DNA of 64,000 nucleotides, taken from positions 369,107 through 433,106 of the forward strand of contig CAZUKA010000001.1 of the NCBI GenBank assembly GCA_964620905.1. The letters run 5' to 3'. Source of the stretch: an uncultured Gammaproteobacteria bacterium. GTDB taxonomy: Bacteria; Patescibacteriota; Patescibacteriia; S139-126. A program made the position numbers and the translations under genes. Each line of letters starts with the position of its first letter. Positions within the stretch are counted from its first letter, which is position 1. This document shows, one piece after another, positions 26,347 through 38,318 of the stretch. The notes under the pieces are model-generated. The model made no database searches. It was not told the origin of the DNA and saw nothing but the letters and a program-made list of their open reading frames with translations.

Positions 26347-27060
26347 CTAATTTATAAAATTAAAACTAGATATTACTTCATTTAAAGCCTCTAGGTTTTC
26401 TTCGTTATTTGGAAATGTATCAAATCCAAAGATTTTATCATCATTAAAATAATAAAATCCTTGCGACCTTAATCCAGTCATAGATAATAATTCTTTATTG
26501 CCAATTGTTGTCCATTCGTACGATGCAATAGATTCGTCATCATTGGTTATATAATCAATGTATTCTTGTTTTGATATTGTTTTACCACTACCAGCCCAAT
26601 TGTCTAGATTAATTAGTAATATATTTATTTGGTCTCCTAGAGCATACCATTCAGTGCCTTCTATTGTTTTGGTGTCGTATTCGTTTTTCTTTAAGAGCAT
26701 TACTATGCCAGCCGCTTCTTCAAATGCGTACCAACCATCGGGTATTTGTAATTCAAAACCATATTCCTCGTTTATGTAGTGAGGACCAGAAAAACCCTTT
26801 TTGATATTTTCATTAATAGTATTTTGAGATTCTGGGTCTATAGCATTTTCAGAAATATTAAATGTTTTAATGTCTTTTATATCATCCTTTTCTGTTATAG
26901 TTATTTGCCTTTGTAGTTTAGATATTTTATTTATTGACTCAATATATTTATTATTAAAACTACTTTCTAGCTTAATAATTCTACTTTCTTGCCATATAAA
27001 TAACATACCTACGATAAGGGCTGTTAAAACTACTAATATAATATTGCTTGTTTTATCCAT
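26347..27060 (-). CDS. Hypothetical membrane-anchored protein. It is very AT-rich and lies next to the tRNA-Asp 3' end.
   Basis: ORF with an N-terminal TM and no family recognised. Confidence 0.45.
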   Translation of the reverse strand: MDKTSNIILVVLTALIVGMLFIWQESRIIKLESSFNNKYIESINKISKLQRQITITEKDDIKDIKTFNISENAIDPESQNTINENIKKGFSGPHYINEEYGFELQIPDGWYAFEEAAGIVMLLKKNEYDTKTIEGTEWYALGDQINILLINLDNWAGSGKTISKQEYIDYITNDDESIASYEWTTIGNKELLSMTGLRSQGFYYFNDDKIFGFDTFPNNEENLEALNEVISSFNFIN

Positions 27061-27114
27061 ACCTTAATTATTCAAAAAAAACCGCCCAAAAGTCAATTTC
27101 TGTTTATCTGGAAA

Positions 27115-27191
27115 TGGCGGGGCCGAAGGGACTCGAACCCTCGACCTCCTGCGTGACAGGCAGGCGTTCTAACCAACTGAACTACGACCCC
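27115..27191 (-). tRNA. tRNA-Asp (GUC), with CCA encoded.
   Basis: Cloverleaf folded by hand. Acceptor GGGGUCG/CGGCCCC, anticodon loop CUGUCAC, T-loop UUCGAGU. Confidence 0.9.
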
Positions 27192-27447
27192 GAAAAATAT
27201 GTTTATAAAAATTAGATTCTAAATAAAGTTCAAAATTATACTAATTTTGACAGTATGATTATTATAATCAATACCTGAAAAAAATCAAGTTTAAAGCAAC
27301 CCATTTGACACCTTATTTGCTTATTGTTAATATTCAATCACTATATGAAAAATAATAATTTATCATTACAAAATTGGCAATCAGTGCAGTCTGCTATGGG
27401 CTGACCACTGTATTTTAATTTTGCCAACATATTTTAGAATCCAGTCG

Positions 27448-27470
27448 CCAGCTCAAAGCTGGTTTTTTTT
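27448..27470 (+). terminator. Orphan rho-independent terminator in the intergenic region upstream of the 27510 gene.
   Basis: ccagc-tcaaa-gctgg followed by 8 T. Confidence 0.55.
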
Positions 27471-27509
27471 GTTCTTTAAAAATTTTTAACAATCCAACCG
27501 GAGGTAACT

Positions 27510-27941
27510 ATGTCCGATAATTATTTGTTCTTTTTGGTAAAAGAAAAATTTGTGCTTCACTTGGGCTATGACCAGGGTCACGGTGGCTGGAATCACGATC
27601 TAGCGGTAAAAAAAACTCAAATTATTGAAAAGGATGTTGTTCTTAAAATAAAATTGAACGACAATTGCCCGACTGCTTATTTTCCCCCACCAGCTGAAAT
27701 AAAAGACATTACCCTGACACTAATTTACCCAGAGCAAACTAACCTACCTGAAAGTGAGCTAGTTGTAGCCAGTACCCAAATTGGCTATTGGCTGATTCGC
27801 CAAAAAATAATTCAGTTTTCTCCTTGTAGGCATGACGAAAAAAAGGAACCAATCCAAACTTTTCCTTTCAGTATTTGTCCAAAATGCCTGCGCAAGCAAT
27901 CTGAACTTGGCGAATTATCGATTAAAGGATTATTCTTATAA
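27510..27941 (+). CDS. Hypothetical protein.
   Basis: ORF with RBS ggaggt. It is followed by the hairpin gaccgtc-ttaatt-gacggtc ttttt. Confidence 0.5.
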   Translation: MSDNYLFFLVKEKFVLHLGYDQGHGGWNHDLAVKKTQIIEKDVVLKIKLNDNCPTAYFPPPAEIKDITLTLIYPEQTNLPESELVVASTQIGYWLIRQKIIQFSPCRHDEKKEPIQTFPFSICPKCLRKQSELGELSIKGLFL

Positions 27942-27971
27942 TCCTGACAAGTCCAAACTACCCTGACCGTC

Positions 27972-28766
27972 TTAATTGACGGTCTTTTTATTTATAAAAA
28001 AATAAATAATAACAACAGACAAAATTGCTAAACCACTAAAAACAATGGGCCAGCGGATACCCAATATCATAAGTGCCGGGTCCAAACGAATAAATTCTAA
28101 TACTAGTCGCAACAAAGAATAAAGTCCTAGATAAAATAAAGTAATTTGCCCGTAAAATCTTTTTTTCTTAAGTAGCCACAATAAAACAAAAAATATTAGC
28201 AACGAGCCAATTGATTCATATAAAAAAGTCGGATGAAAATGACTAGCAGATAAATAGGTTGGTAAACGGTTTGCTAAGCTTATTGGAATACCCCAAGGTA
28301 AGCTGGTGGGTAGTCCGTATAATTCTTGATTAAAATAATTTCCCCAGCGACCGATTGCTTGCCCCAATGGCAATACCAAACAAATAGCATCAGTCAGGAT
28401 CCATAATGACTTTTGCCACCGCCGACTGTAAAACCACAAAACTAACAGCCCCCCGAGCCAAGCACCGTGAATTGCTAGTCCCCCTTGCCAGATTTTTAAA
28501 ATCTGGCTGGGATTTGAAAAATAAAAACTTGGTTCAACTAATAATACTTCATAAATCCTTGCTCCCACAATTCCGCCGATAACCAACCAAAACAACAAAT
28601 CCCAGATTTGTTCAACGGTCAAAGAAAAAATTTTGGCTTTTTTTAGTAATACATAAAAGGCTGCCAAAATACTAAGAAGCATCAACAAGCCATACCAGTG
28701 GATTTGAATAAAACCAAAACTGACTAAAACTGGTGAGGGGGTAAAATTGTGAAACCAGGAAAACAT
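27972..28766 (-). CDS. lgt: Prolipoprotein diacylglyceryl transferase.
   Basis: HWYGLLM...GGIVGARIYEVL...GGLAIHGAWLGG...GQAIGRWGNYFNQELYG is collinear with Lgt. Confidence 0.88.
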   Translation of the reverse strand: MFSWFHNFTPSPVLVSFGFIQIHWYGLLMLLSILAAFYVLLKKAKIFSLTVEQIWDLLFWLVIGGIVGARIYEVLLVEPSFYFSNPSQILKIWQGGLAIHGAWLGGLLVLWFYSRRWQKSLWILTDAICLVLPLGQAIGRWGNYFNQELYGLPTSLPWGIPISLANRLPTYLSASHFHPTFLYESIGSLLIFFVLLWLLKKKRFYGQITLFYLGLYSLLRLVLEFIRLDPALMILGIRWPIVFSGLAILSVVIIYFFINKKTVN

Positions 28767-28835
28767 CTTTGAAAATTATAAATTATAAATTTTTAACAAT
28801 TTTTTATAGTTTATAATTGAAAATTTAAAATTATT

Positions 28836-29438
28836 TTATTCTCCCAAAGCCGCCGCCACTACTTGATCAAGCTGTCCCCAATTTTGCACTAACTGGCCGT
28901 TGACAAAAAAAGTCGGAGTGCCGCTAATACGACGACTACTGGCTTCGGCCATATCGGCCCGAACTAAATCATTTTTAGCTCGTGCGTCCAGACAAGCAGT
29001 AAATGAATTTATTTCCAAACCTAAACTTTCTGCATAGGCTAAAAGTTCAGTTCGGGAAAAATTTGGTTGATTGGAAAATAAAGTATCATGATATTCCCAA
29101 AATTTACCTTGGTCATTGGCACATTCGGAAGCAAGAGCCGCACGAAACGCTTGGGGGTGAATAGTGGTCAAAGGAAAATGTTTATATTCAAACCTGATTC
29201 TGTCGTCGTATTTTGCTACCACATTTTTCAAGCTGTCTTGAGCTGATTTACAAGCCGGACACTGAAAATCAGAAAATTCCTCTACCAACACTGTTGCCTC
29301 TGCTTGACCTAAATATGGTCGGGGTGAGTTGATATTTTCATAAATCGGTTTGTCTTCCTGGGTTAGCCAAATTGCCACCCCGCCGACAACTAAAATAATT
29401 GCCGCTATAATAAAAAATAAATTTGTTTTATTGGACAT
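28836..29438 (-). CDS. DsbA-family thiol:disulfide oxidoreductase (membrane-anchored).
   Basis: It has an N-terminal TM. The CPAC active site sits in a thioredoxin-like fold (FSDFQCPACKSA). Confidence 0.75.
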   Translation of the reverse strand: MSNKTNLFFIIAAIILVVGGVAIWLTQEDKPIYENINSPRPYLGQAEATVLVEEFSDFQCPACKSAQDSLKNVVAKYDDRIRFEYKHFPLTTIHPQAFRAALASECANDQGKFWEYHDTLFSNQPNFSRTELLAYAESLGLEINSFTACLDARAKNDLVRADMAEASSRRISGTPTFFVNGQLVQNWGQLDQVVAAALGE

Positions 29439-29444
29439 ATATTT

Positions 29445-29528
29445 TAAATTAATTTTTAATTTTTAATTTTGTAATTTTATAAAATCAGTTTAGTTTAAAA
29501 ATTTAAAAATTAAAAATTAAAAATTTTA
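29445..29528. repeat. AT-rich palindromic intergenic element, copy C. It lies immediately upstream of dsbA.
   Basis: aatttttaatttttaattttgtaattttataaa ... tttaaaaatttaaaaattaaaaattaaaaatt. Confidence 0.6.
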
Positions 29529-29533
29529 CTATA

Positions 29534-29908
29534 TTATAACATTTCCGGATCAAATCCTTGGGCACGGATACTACAAGACTCAACTATCGGTAATTCAAGT
29601 TTTTTTGCTAAATCTCTGGAAATATCATCTACGGATCCGGGATTTAAATAAATCTTTTTTACTGGATAGTCAACCAAGGACTGCAAAACACCCACCGTAA
29701 GATAAGGCGGCAAATAAATACTCACCTCTGCGACTTCTTCTGGCAAATCTTCTATATCAGCAAAAGAGTCCAAATTAGCAATCGTCGTTGCATGAGGATT
29801 TATCGGATAAACTTTATAACCGGCTTGCAAAAAAGCCTTGACGGCTTTATGGGAATATTTTTTTGGATCACGTGAAGCACCAATTATGGCAATAGTTTTT
29901 TTGGACAT
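29534..29908 (-). CDS. CoA-binding domain protein (YccU-like).
   Basis: IAIIGASRDPKKYSHKAV...GYKVYPINP. Confidence 0.7.
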   Translation of the reverse strand: MSKKTIAIIGASRDPKKYSHKAVKAFLQAGYKVYPINPHATTIANLDSFADIEDLPEEVAEVSIYLPPYLTVGVLQSLVDYPVKKIYLNPGSVDDISRDLAKKLELPIVESCSIRAQGFDPEML

Positions 29909-30891
29909 TATTTTGGTAATAGATAATTATAAATCTCCAATACCGCCTTAGCACCTTCACCGGCAGCTATGATAATCTGTTTTTGAGTGATACTGGAAAC
30001 ATCACCCGCGGCAAAAATTCCCGGCACGGAAGTGCGATTTCTTTCATCAATAATAATTTCTTTTTTCTGATTCAATTTTACCAAATTTGCAAACGCAGCA
30101 CTGTTTGGTTCATAACCAATCTCTTCAAAAACACCATCAACCTCCAACCATTCTTCTTGGCAGGTTTTTTTGTTTTTTATTTTTATCTTTTCCAACTTAC
30201 CCTCACCCGTCATCGCCAAAGTATCTGTATTATTTTTGATAGTTACATTGGAAAGTTTGGCTATTTCTTCAGCTAAGGTAGTTTCCCCGCGAAACTGCTC
30301 ATTGATATTGATGACATAAACAAATTTGGCAATTTTTACAAGATATAAAACTGCCTCCATAGCACTGTTTCCACCGCCAATTACGGCAATAGTTTTATCC
30401 CGATAAAGCGGGCCATCACAAGTGGCACAAAAAGTCACTCCCCGACCAATAAGTTCTTTTTCGCCGGGTATAGCTAAATGTCTTGGTTTAGCGCCGGTAG
30501 CAATCAATACGGCACGCGATTTAAACTGTTTATTGCATTGAGTGGTGATTATGAATTCCTTATCTTCGGGTTCAATTTTTAGTACAGAATCATTTTGTAA
30601 AAGCTCCAAATCAAATAAAGCATTATCATCATCAATTTTTTTGACATGCTGATAAAATTTTTGTGACAATTCATAACCCGACATAAAATCATAACCCAAA
30701 TAATTTTCCACTTCCGCCGACCAATTGGTCTGTCCGCCAATATCAGTGGTGATTACCAAGGTATCCAATTTACGTCGCGAAGAATATACTGCCGCACTCA
30801 TACCCGCCGGACCAGCACCAACAATTATTAAATCCAACGTCCTAGTTTGTAAACTCGCCAATGAAGACTCGGGTAATTTTTGTTTAGTCAT
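29908..30891 (-). CDS. trxB: Thioredoxin reductase.
   Basis: Two Rossmann GxGxxG motifs are present. The redox-active site is FCATCDG. Confidence 0.9.
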   Translation of the reverse strand: MTKQKLPESSLASLQTRTLDLIIVGAGPAGMSAAVYSSRRKLDTLVITTDIGGQTNWSAEVENYLGYDFMSGYELSQKFYQHVKKIDDDNALFDLELLQNDSVLKIEPEDKEFIITTQCNKQFKSRAVLIATGAKPRHLAIPGEKELIGRGVTFCATCDGPLYRDKTIAVIGGGNSAMEAVLYLVKIAKFVYVININEQFRGETTLAEEIAKLSNVTIKNNTDTLAMTGEGKLEKIKIKNKKTCQEEWLEVDGVFEEIGYEPNSAAFANLVKLNQKKEIIIDERNRTSVPGIFAAGDVSSITQKQIIIAAGEGAKAVLEIYNYLLPK

Positions 30892-30896
30892 AATTA

Positions 30897-31337
30897 TTAT
30901 TTTAAATCTAATCCTAACTCTTTTAGGCCACGAGCAAAGCTTTCCACTGCCTGTTTGGCCTCTATTTTAGTTAGCTGGTAAGAACTTTCGTGTACTAGTT
31001 TATTGCGCAATAAATGTGCCGGCCAAATCCGACGAAGATTATAATATTTGCTTTGGGCAATTTTCAAACGTTCACCTAAACTATTACCGCCAAAACCCTG
31101 GTGCTGTAATAGTTTATCAAACAATTTGTCGGCTTCTATCACTGCTTGACGTTGAGCGTAAATTTCAGCATTGGCAAGTAATTTTACTATATCATTCCAT
31201 TGCTTGCGCCAATAGTCAATATCTAGTTCCTCATAACTTTCCTGGTCTTGAAAATAAAATATTCCTATTGCCACAACAATCAACAAAAAAATTACTGCAA
31301 AAATAAGGATAAGCATATCTTTATAAATCAGGTTCAC
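30897..31337 (-). CDS. Hypothetical membrane-anchored protein.
   Basis: ORF with an N-terminal TM. Confidence 0.45.
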   Translation of the reverse strand: MNLIYKDMLILIFAVIFLLIVVAIGIFYFQDQESYEELDIDYWRKQWNDIVKLLANAEIYAQRQAVIEADKLFDKLLQHQGFGGNSLGERLKIAQSKYYNLRRIWPAHLLRNKLVHESSYQLTKIEAKQAVESFARGLKELGLDLK

Positions 31338-32775
31338 TTAACGGCGAGCGTATTTGCTCAATTGCCGTTCCAATTTCAAATAAAATATTTTCTTGCCAAT
31401 GATCAGTTATCAATTGTGCTCCGACTGGCAAACTATTACTCAATCCCAACGGAATAGAAATTCCTGGTAAACCAGCTAAATTGGCTGACACGGTATAAAT
31501 ATCTGACAAATACATTTGTAAAGGATCGTTGGTTTTTTCACCCAGCTTAAAAGCAGTAGCTGGAGTAGTCGGGGTGAGTAAAGCATCAACCTGGGAAAAA
31601 ACTTTGGCAAAATCTTGATAGATTTTCTTTCTGACTTTTTGTGCCTGCAAATAATAAGCCTCCACATAACCAGATGACAAAACATAAGTACCTATCAGTA
31701 TACGCCGTCTAACTTCAGCACCAAAACCTTTGGCTCTGGTTTTAGCATAATATGTAAGTAATGACTCCTTGTTTTCACCACGCGTGCCAAAACGCAAACC
31801 ATCAAACTTGGCTAAATTGGAACTCACCTCAGCCGGCATAATGATATAATATACCGATAAAGCATATTCAGTTAAAGGCAAACTAACCTCTTTTATCTCC
31901 GCGCCATTATCTGCCAAACGATCAGCTATACCCAAAACCATATCTTTTATAGATTTATCCAGTCCACTAATAAAATATTCCTTTGGCAGTCCAATACGTA
32001 AACCTTTCACTTGTCCGCTAAATATTTTGTCACTGGAAAAATTATGATCTTTTCTGGTAGTAGCATCCAAAGGGTCCGGACCAGCAATGACTTCCAGTAC
32101 AGCAGCAGCTTCGGCTACGGTTTTAGTAAATGGACCTATACAATCAAGCGAAGATGCCATAGCAATCAAGCCAAATCTAGATACCAATCCATAAGTCGGT
32201 TTCAACCCGACCACACCACAAAATGAGGCCGGTTGACGGATAGAACCACCGGTATCGGTTCCTAAAGAATATACTACTTCGCCGGCTGCCACAGCAGCGG
32301 CTGAACCACCACTACTGCCACCAGGTACGCGAGTTAGGTCATAGGGATTTTTTGTAGAAAAATATGCAGAGTTTTCCGTACTGGAACCCATAGCAAATTC
32401 ATCACAATTATTTTTACCAATCATCACCAAATCAGCCTGTTTCAATCTAGCTACTGCTGTGGCATCATAAACTGCTTTGTAATCCGCCAAAATTTTTGAC
32501 CCGGCTGTGGTTTTTACTCCTTTGGTCATCAGTACATCTTTGATGCCAGCTGGTACACCTGCCAGTAAGGATATTTTTTCACCACGAGATATTTTTTCAT
32601 CTACTGCCTTGGCTTGCTTACGAGCAGCAGAAAAATCAGTCAGTAAAAAAGCTTGTACTTTTGGTTCAACTCTGTTTATTTGCTCAATATAAAAATCCAA
32701 AATCTCTTGGGCTTTAATTTGTTTATTAACCAATTTATCATGCCAGCTAAAAATTGTTTCACTTAATTTAGTCAT
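31321..32775 (-). CDS. gatA: Glutamyl-tRNA(Gln) amidotransferase subunit A.
   Basis: Amidase signature GGSSGGSAAAVAAG. Confidence 0.9.
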   Translation of the reverse strand: MTKLSETIFSWHDKLVNKQIKAQEILDFYIEQINRVEPKVQAFLLTDFSAARKQAKAVDEKISRGEKISLLAGVPAGIKDVLMTKGVKTTAGSKILADYKAVYDATAVARLKQADLVMIGKNNCDEFAMGSSTENSAYFSTKNPYDLTRVPGGSSGGSAAAVAAGEVVYSLGTDTGGSIRQPASFCGVVGLKPTYGLVSRFGLIAMASSLDCIGPFTKTVAEAAAVLEVIAGPDPLDATTRKDHNFSSDKIFSGQVKGLRIGLPKEYFISGLDKSIKDMVLGIADRLADNGAEIKEVSLPLTEYALSVYYIIMPAEVSSNLAKFDGLRFGTRGENKESLLTYYAKTRAKGFGAEVRRRILIGTYVLSSGYVEAYYLQAQKVRKKIYQDFAKVFSQVDALLTPTTPATAFKLGEKTNDPLQMYLSDIYTVSANLAGLPGISIPLGLSNSLPVGAQLITDHWQENILFEIGTAIEQIRSPLSEPDL

Positions 32776-33053
32776 GAAAATATTTTTGGTGTTTTTAACA
32801 GACCATCCTTTGTTTCCGGCAGTGCTGCTATTAGATCCGATTTGAAGAAAGAATTTTTTACTTCGTCTGGTCTTAGAGCTGATTTGGTATCGAGATAAAA
32901 ACCCGGTTGGATATTGCTGGTATCAACTTTTTGCAAAACCGAAACAAACTGCAAAATATCATCTATCTGCTGCTGGTAGGAATTTATTTCATCTGACGTC
33001 AACTCCAAACGTGAGAGTTTGGCCAAATGTTCAATTTGTTTTTTATCAATCAT
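32772..33053 (-). CDS. gatC: Glutamyl-tRNA(Gln) amidotransferase subunit C.
   Basis: IEHLAKLSRLELTSDEI... It is coupled to gatA by a 4-nt overlap. Confidence 0.85.
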   Translation of the reverse strand: MIDKKQIEHLAKLSRLELTSDEINSYQQQIDDILQFVSVLQKVDTSNIQPGFYLDTKSALRPDEVKNSFFKSDLIAALPETKDGLLKTPKIFS

Positions 33054-33093
33054 AATCTTATTTTATCAGATAACGGGAAAATGCCAATATTAT

Positions 33094-33132
33094 TGAATCT
33101 TGAATCTGGAATATAGAATCTGGAATTTGACA
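33094..33132. repeat. Heptanucleotide tandem repeat (GAATCTG/GAATCTT units).
   Basis: ttgaatcttgaatctggaatatagaatctggaatttgac. Confidence 0.8.
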
Positions 33133-33287
33133 AATTTTTAAGGATTTTTTAAGATACAGACCTGTTCATTTATGATTGGTAGGGTAAAATCTTCAATTCG
33201 GATGATAAATCCTTATAAGATTTGCGGCAAATTACTCTTTTTGCCACCCTGCCATAATTTTAAATTAAAATTTAACAATATTTAACC

Positions 33288-33362
33288 GCAGAGATAGCTC
33301 AGTTGGTAGAGCCGTGGGTCAGAAAAACCCTAGGGTCGTGAGTTCAAATCTCACTCTCTGCT
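33288..33362 (+). tRNA. tRNA-like gene with a non-canonical anticodon arm (possibly tRNA-Phe GAA-like; 2 nt longer than standard; no CCA encoded).
   Basis: The acceptor (GCAGAGA/TCTCTGC), D-arm (GCTC-AGTTGGTA-GAGC) and T-arm (GTGAG-TTCAAAT-CTCAC) are canonical. The anticodon region CGTGGGTCAGAAAAACCCTA folds only with a 9-nt loop, or as a 4-bp stem with A33. Confidence 0.5.
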
Positions 33363-33370
33363 CAAAATAA

Positions 33371-33400
33371 TAAGCTGTCACCAAGACAGCTTTTTAATTT
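33371..33400 (+). terminator. Terminator hairpin after the tRNA-like gene.
   Basis: agctgtc-accaa-gacagct ttttaatttt. Confidence 0.55.
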
Positions 33401-33602
33401 TGAATTATAAATTTTAAAATATTCCGACCCTCTGCTGCCTGAAGTGAAAAATTGCCAAGAAGCGAGTGAAATATGCCTCTCAACTAGCGTTAAGCGATTT
33501 TAAGAGGCACACGAGCGGATTGGCAATTTTGCCTGAACGGCAGTATTGGTCGGCAGTTTTTGCTACTTTTTGCTGACAAAAAGTAGAGATAAAAATATTT
33601 TT

Positions 33603-36448
<2,846 letters not shown>

Positions 36449-36465
36449 TATTTTTTTAAATCATT

Positions 36466-37065
36466 CTAATAGCGTTTGTAAACCCGTGAAGAAACAGTGG
36501 TCTGTAAAGACTGAACTTCTTTTTCCGCTGTTTTTGCAGTAATGTTTTCTGCCACCAAAATAATCGTTACCCGCGGTGTACTACTGGCAGCATAACCATC
36601 AGCTAAAATTCGAAAAGGATCACTTTCCGGATAAACGTAAAAGTTTGCCCTTAAAATATTTACTCCCCGCGGAGTAATGCTGGCCCAGGCAGAATTGTTG
36701 CGTTTGACTGCCAAACAACTGGTTGTGCCCGGTTCGCAATATGTCGGTGAGCTCGTGGCTACAAACACCATGGTATTGCCGACTAAATCTTTCAGTGGTA
36801 AATAATCTATATAGGGTTGCCCTGGTATATTTGTGATTGCACCATAATCAATCAAGTTCATCCTAACTTCCCTGGCTATAACTTCCATTACATAACGGGC
36901 ATCGGATTGAATCCTGGTCTCACTGGCCAAACGATTTTGCGCTGTTTGCGACAGCAAATAAATATCAGTCAAAACAATCAAACTCACGCCAAACAAAGCC
37001 AAGCCAACTACGACTTCCATCAAGGTAAAACCTTGTTTATTTATTTTTAAATCAATAAGCTTCAT
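36466..37065 (-). CDS. Type IV minor pilin / pseudopilin.
   Basis: The prepilin motif KQGFTLMEVVVGLALFG (G|FTLxE) is present. Confidence 0.7.
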   Translation of the reverse strand: MKLIDLKINKQGFTLMEVVVGLALFGVSLIVLTDIYLLSQTAQNRLASETRIQSDARYVMEVIAREVRMNLIDYGAITNIPGQPYIDYLPLKDLVGNTMVFVATSSPTYCEPGTTSCLAVKRNNSAWASITPRGVNILRANFYVYPESDPFRILADGYAASSTPRVTIILVAENITAKTAEKEVQSLQTTVSSRVYKRY

Positions 37066-37648
37066 GCCAATTATATAAAAATTCTTCCAAAATATAACTA
37101 CGTGGACGAGTATCTTCTGTCCAGAAAACTTTGCTTACTACCTTGATACCGACTGGATTATACCTATCAGTATCACACACAAAAGTAGGTGGCGAAATAG
37201 CAATAATATTAAAAGAACCATCTTTTTCCTGACACAATGATTCACTGATTTCAATAGTACGAGAAAATGGAGTGATTTGGCCAAGAGTGTCGTGGTTGTA
37301 AATACCATAACTATCCAAATACAACTGCTGGTTAACATCACCAAAATCTATTGTCCAAATCTTGGTACTTGGATTGAATTTCAAAATACCCCCCCGGGTG
37401 CCGTCATTTTTCAATCCCGTCAACCAATTTCTTTGTCGCAACCAGTTCTCATCGCGGATATTGCGCACTACTTCTAGGCCTTCTCTGGCTAAATTGGCCG
37501 CTGTAATTTGCATCACTGATGACTGACTACCTTTTAAATTTGAATAAGTGAGTGTAACCGCACCAGCAATACCGGTCGTAATCACAGCAATAGCGACAAT
37601 AATTTCCATCATCCCCTGACCTTTGTTATTTTTTATAAAAAATTTCAT
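37052..37648 (-). CDS. Type IV minor pilin-like protein.
   Basis: GQGMMEIIVAIAVITTG is a prepilin-type N-terminus. Confidence 0.6.
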   Translation of the reverse strand: MKFFIKNNKGQGMMEIIVAIAVITTGIAGAVTLTYSNLKGSQSSVMQITAANLAREGLEVVRNIRDENWLRQRNWLTGLKNDGTRGGILKFNPSTKIWTIDFGDVNQQLYLDSYGIYNHDTLGQITPFSRTIEISESLCQEKDGSFNIIAISPPTFVCDTDRYNPVGIKVVSKVFWTEDTRPRSYILEEFLYNWHEAY

Positions 37649-37649
37649 A

Positions 37650-38318
37650 TTAATTTATTTCTGTTGTAGAAATTTTACCCGATATCCAATTTATTTTAAT
37701 ACTTATCCTTTGACCAGTAGGAGTATAAATCAAACTGACCCAAGACGGGTTATAATTACCGCAACTGCCAATCTCACCCGGTCCCAAAGGTTGTATGCCA
37801 TTAACAAAAATTTCCCCTTTAGGAACAGTAAAGACTATATCCATCACATCTGCCGTGGTTTGAATACATTCGAATGCGGGATTGTTGTCAATTTTATATT
37901 CAGGTACATTCATACCATCTATCACAAAGTTGTTTGATAAATTAATGGTTTGAGCTAAATAGTCAGTAGCAGTGGTGTCAAAATAATATTTTTTAGAACC
38001 CAAAGGACAAACAGAACAGTCAGTTTCAGCAAAAATTACTATATTATTTCGTTTGTTGCTAAAATGTACGCCCCACCGGTCAGGTATATTGCCGCTAGGG
38101 AGAGCTTGGGCGGAAAGTGCGTAATTTTGCACCTGACGTAAGATATTGGCAACTTCCAAAGCTTTAAGTTTTAGCTCGCTGGTACGGTTGCCACGGTTCA
38201 AATTGGCCATGGTTAAAAGTAAAATAACGATAAAAATACCAGCTGATACCAACATTTCCGGCACCGTAAAACCACTGGTTGTTTTTTGTTTTTTTTTCAT
38301 AACCGTCCCAAATACCAA
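37650..38318 (-). CDS. Type IV minor pilin-like protein.
   Basis: SGFTVPEMLVSAGIFIVILL is a prepilin-type N-terminus. Confidence 0.65.
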   Translation of the reverse strand: MVFGTVMKKKQKTTSGFTVPEMLVSAGIFIVILLLTMANLNRGNRTSELKLKALEVANILRQVQNYALSAQALPSGNIPDRWGVHFSNKRNNIVIFAETDCSVCPLGSKKYYFDTTATDYLAQTINLSNNFVIDGMNVPEYKIDNNPAFECIQTTADVMDIVFTVPKGEIFVNGIQPLGPGEIGSCGNYNPSWVSLIYTPTGQRISIKINWISGKISTTEIN

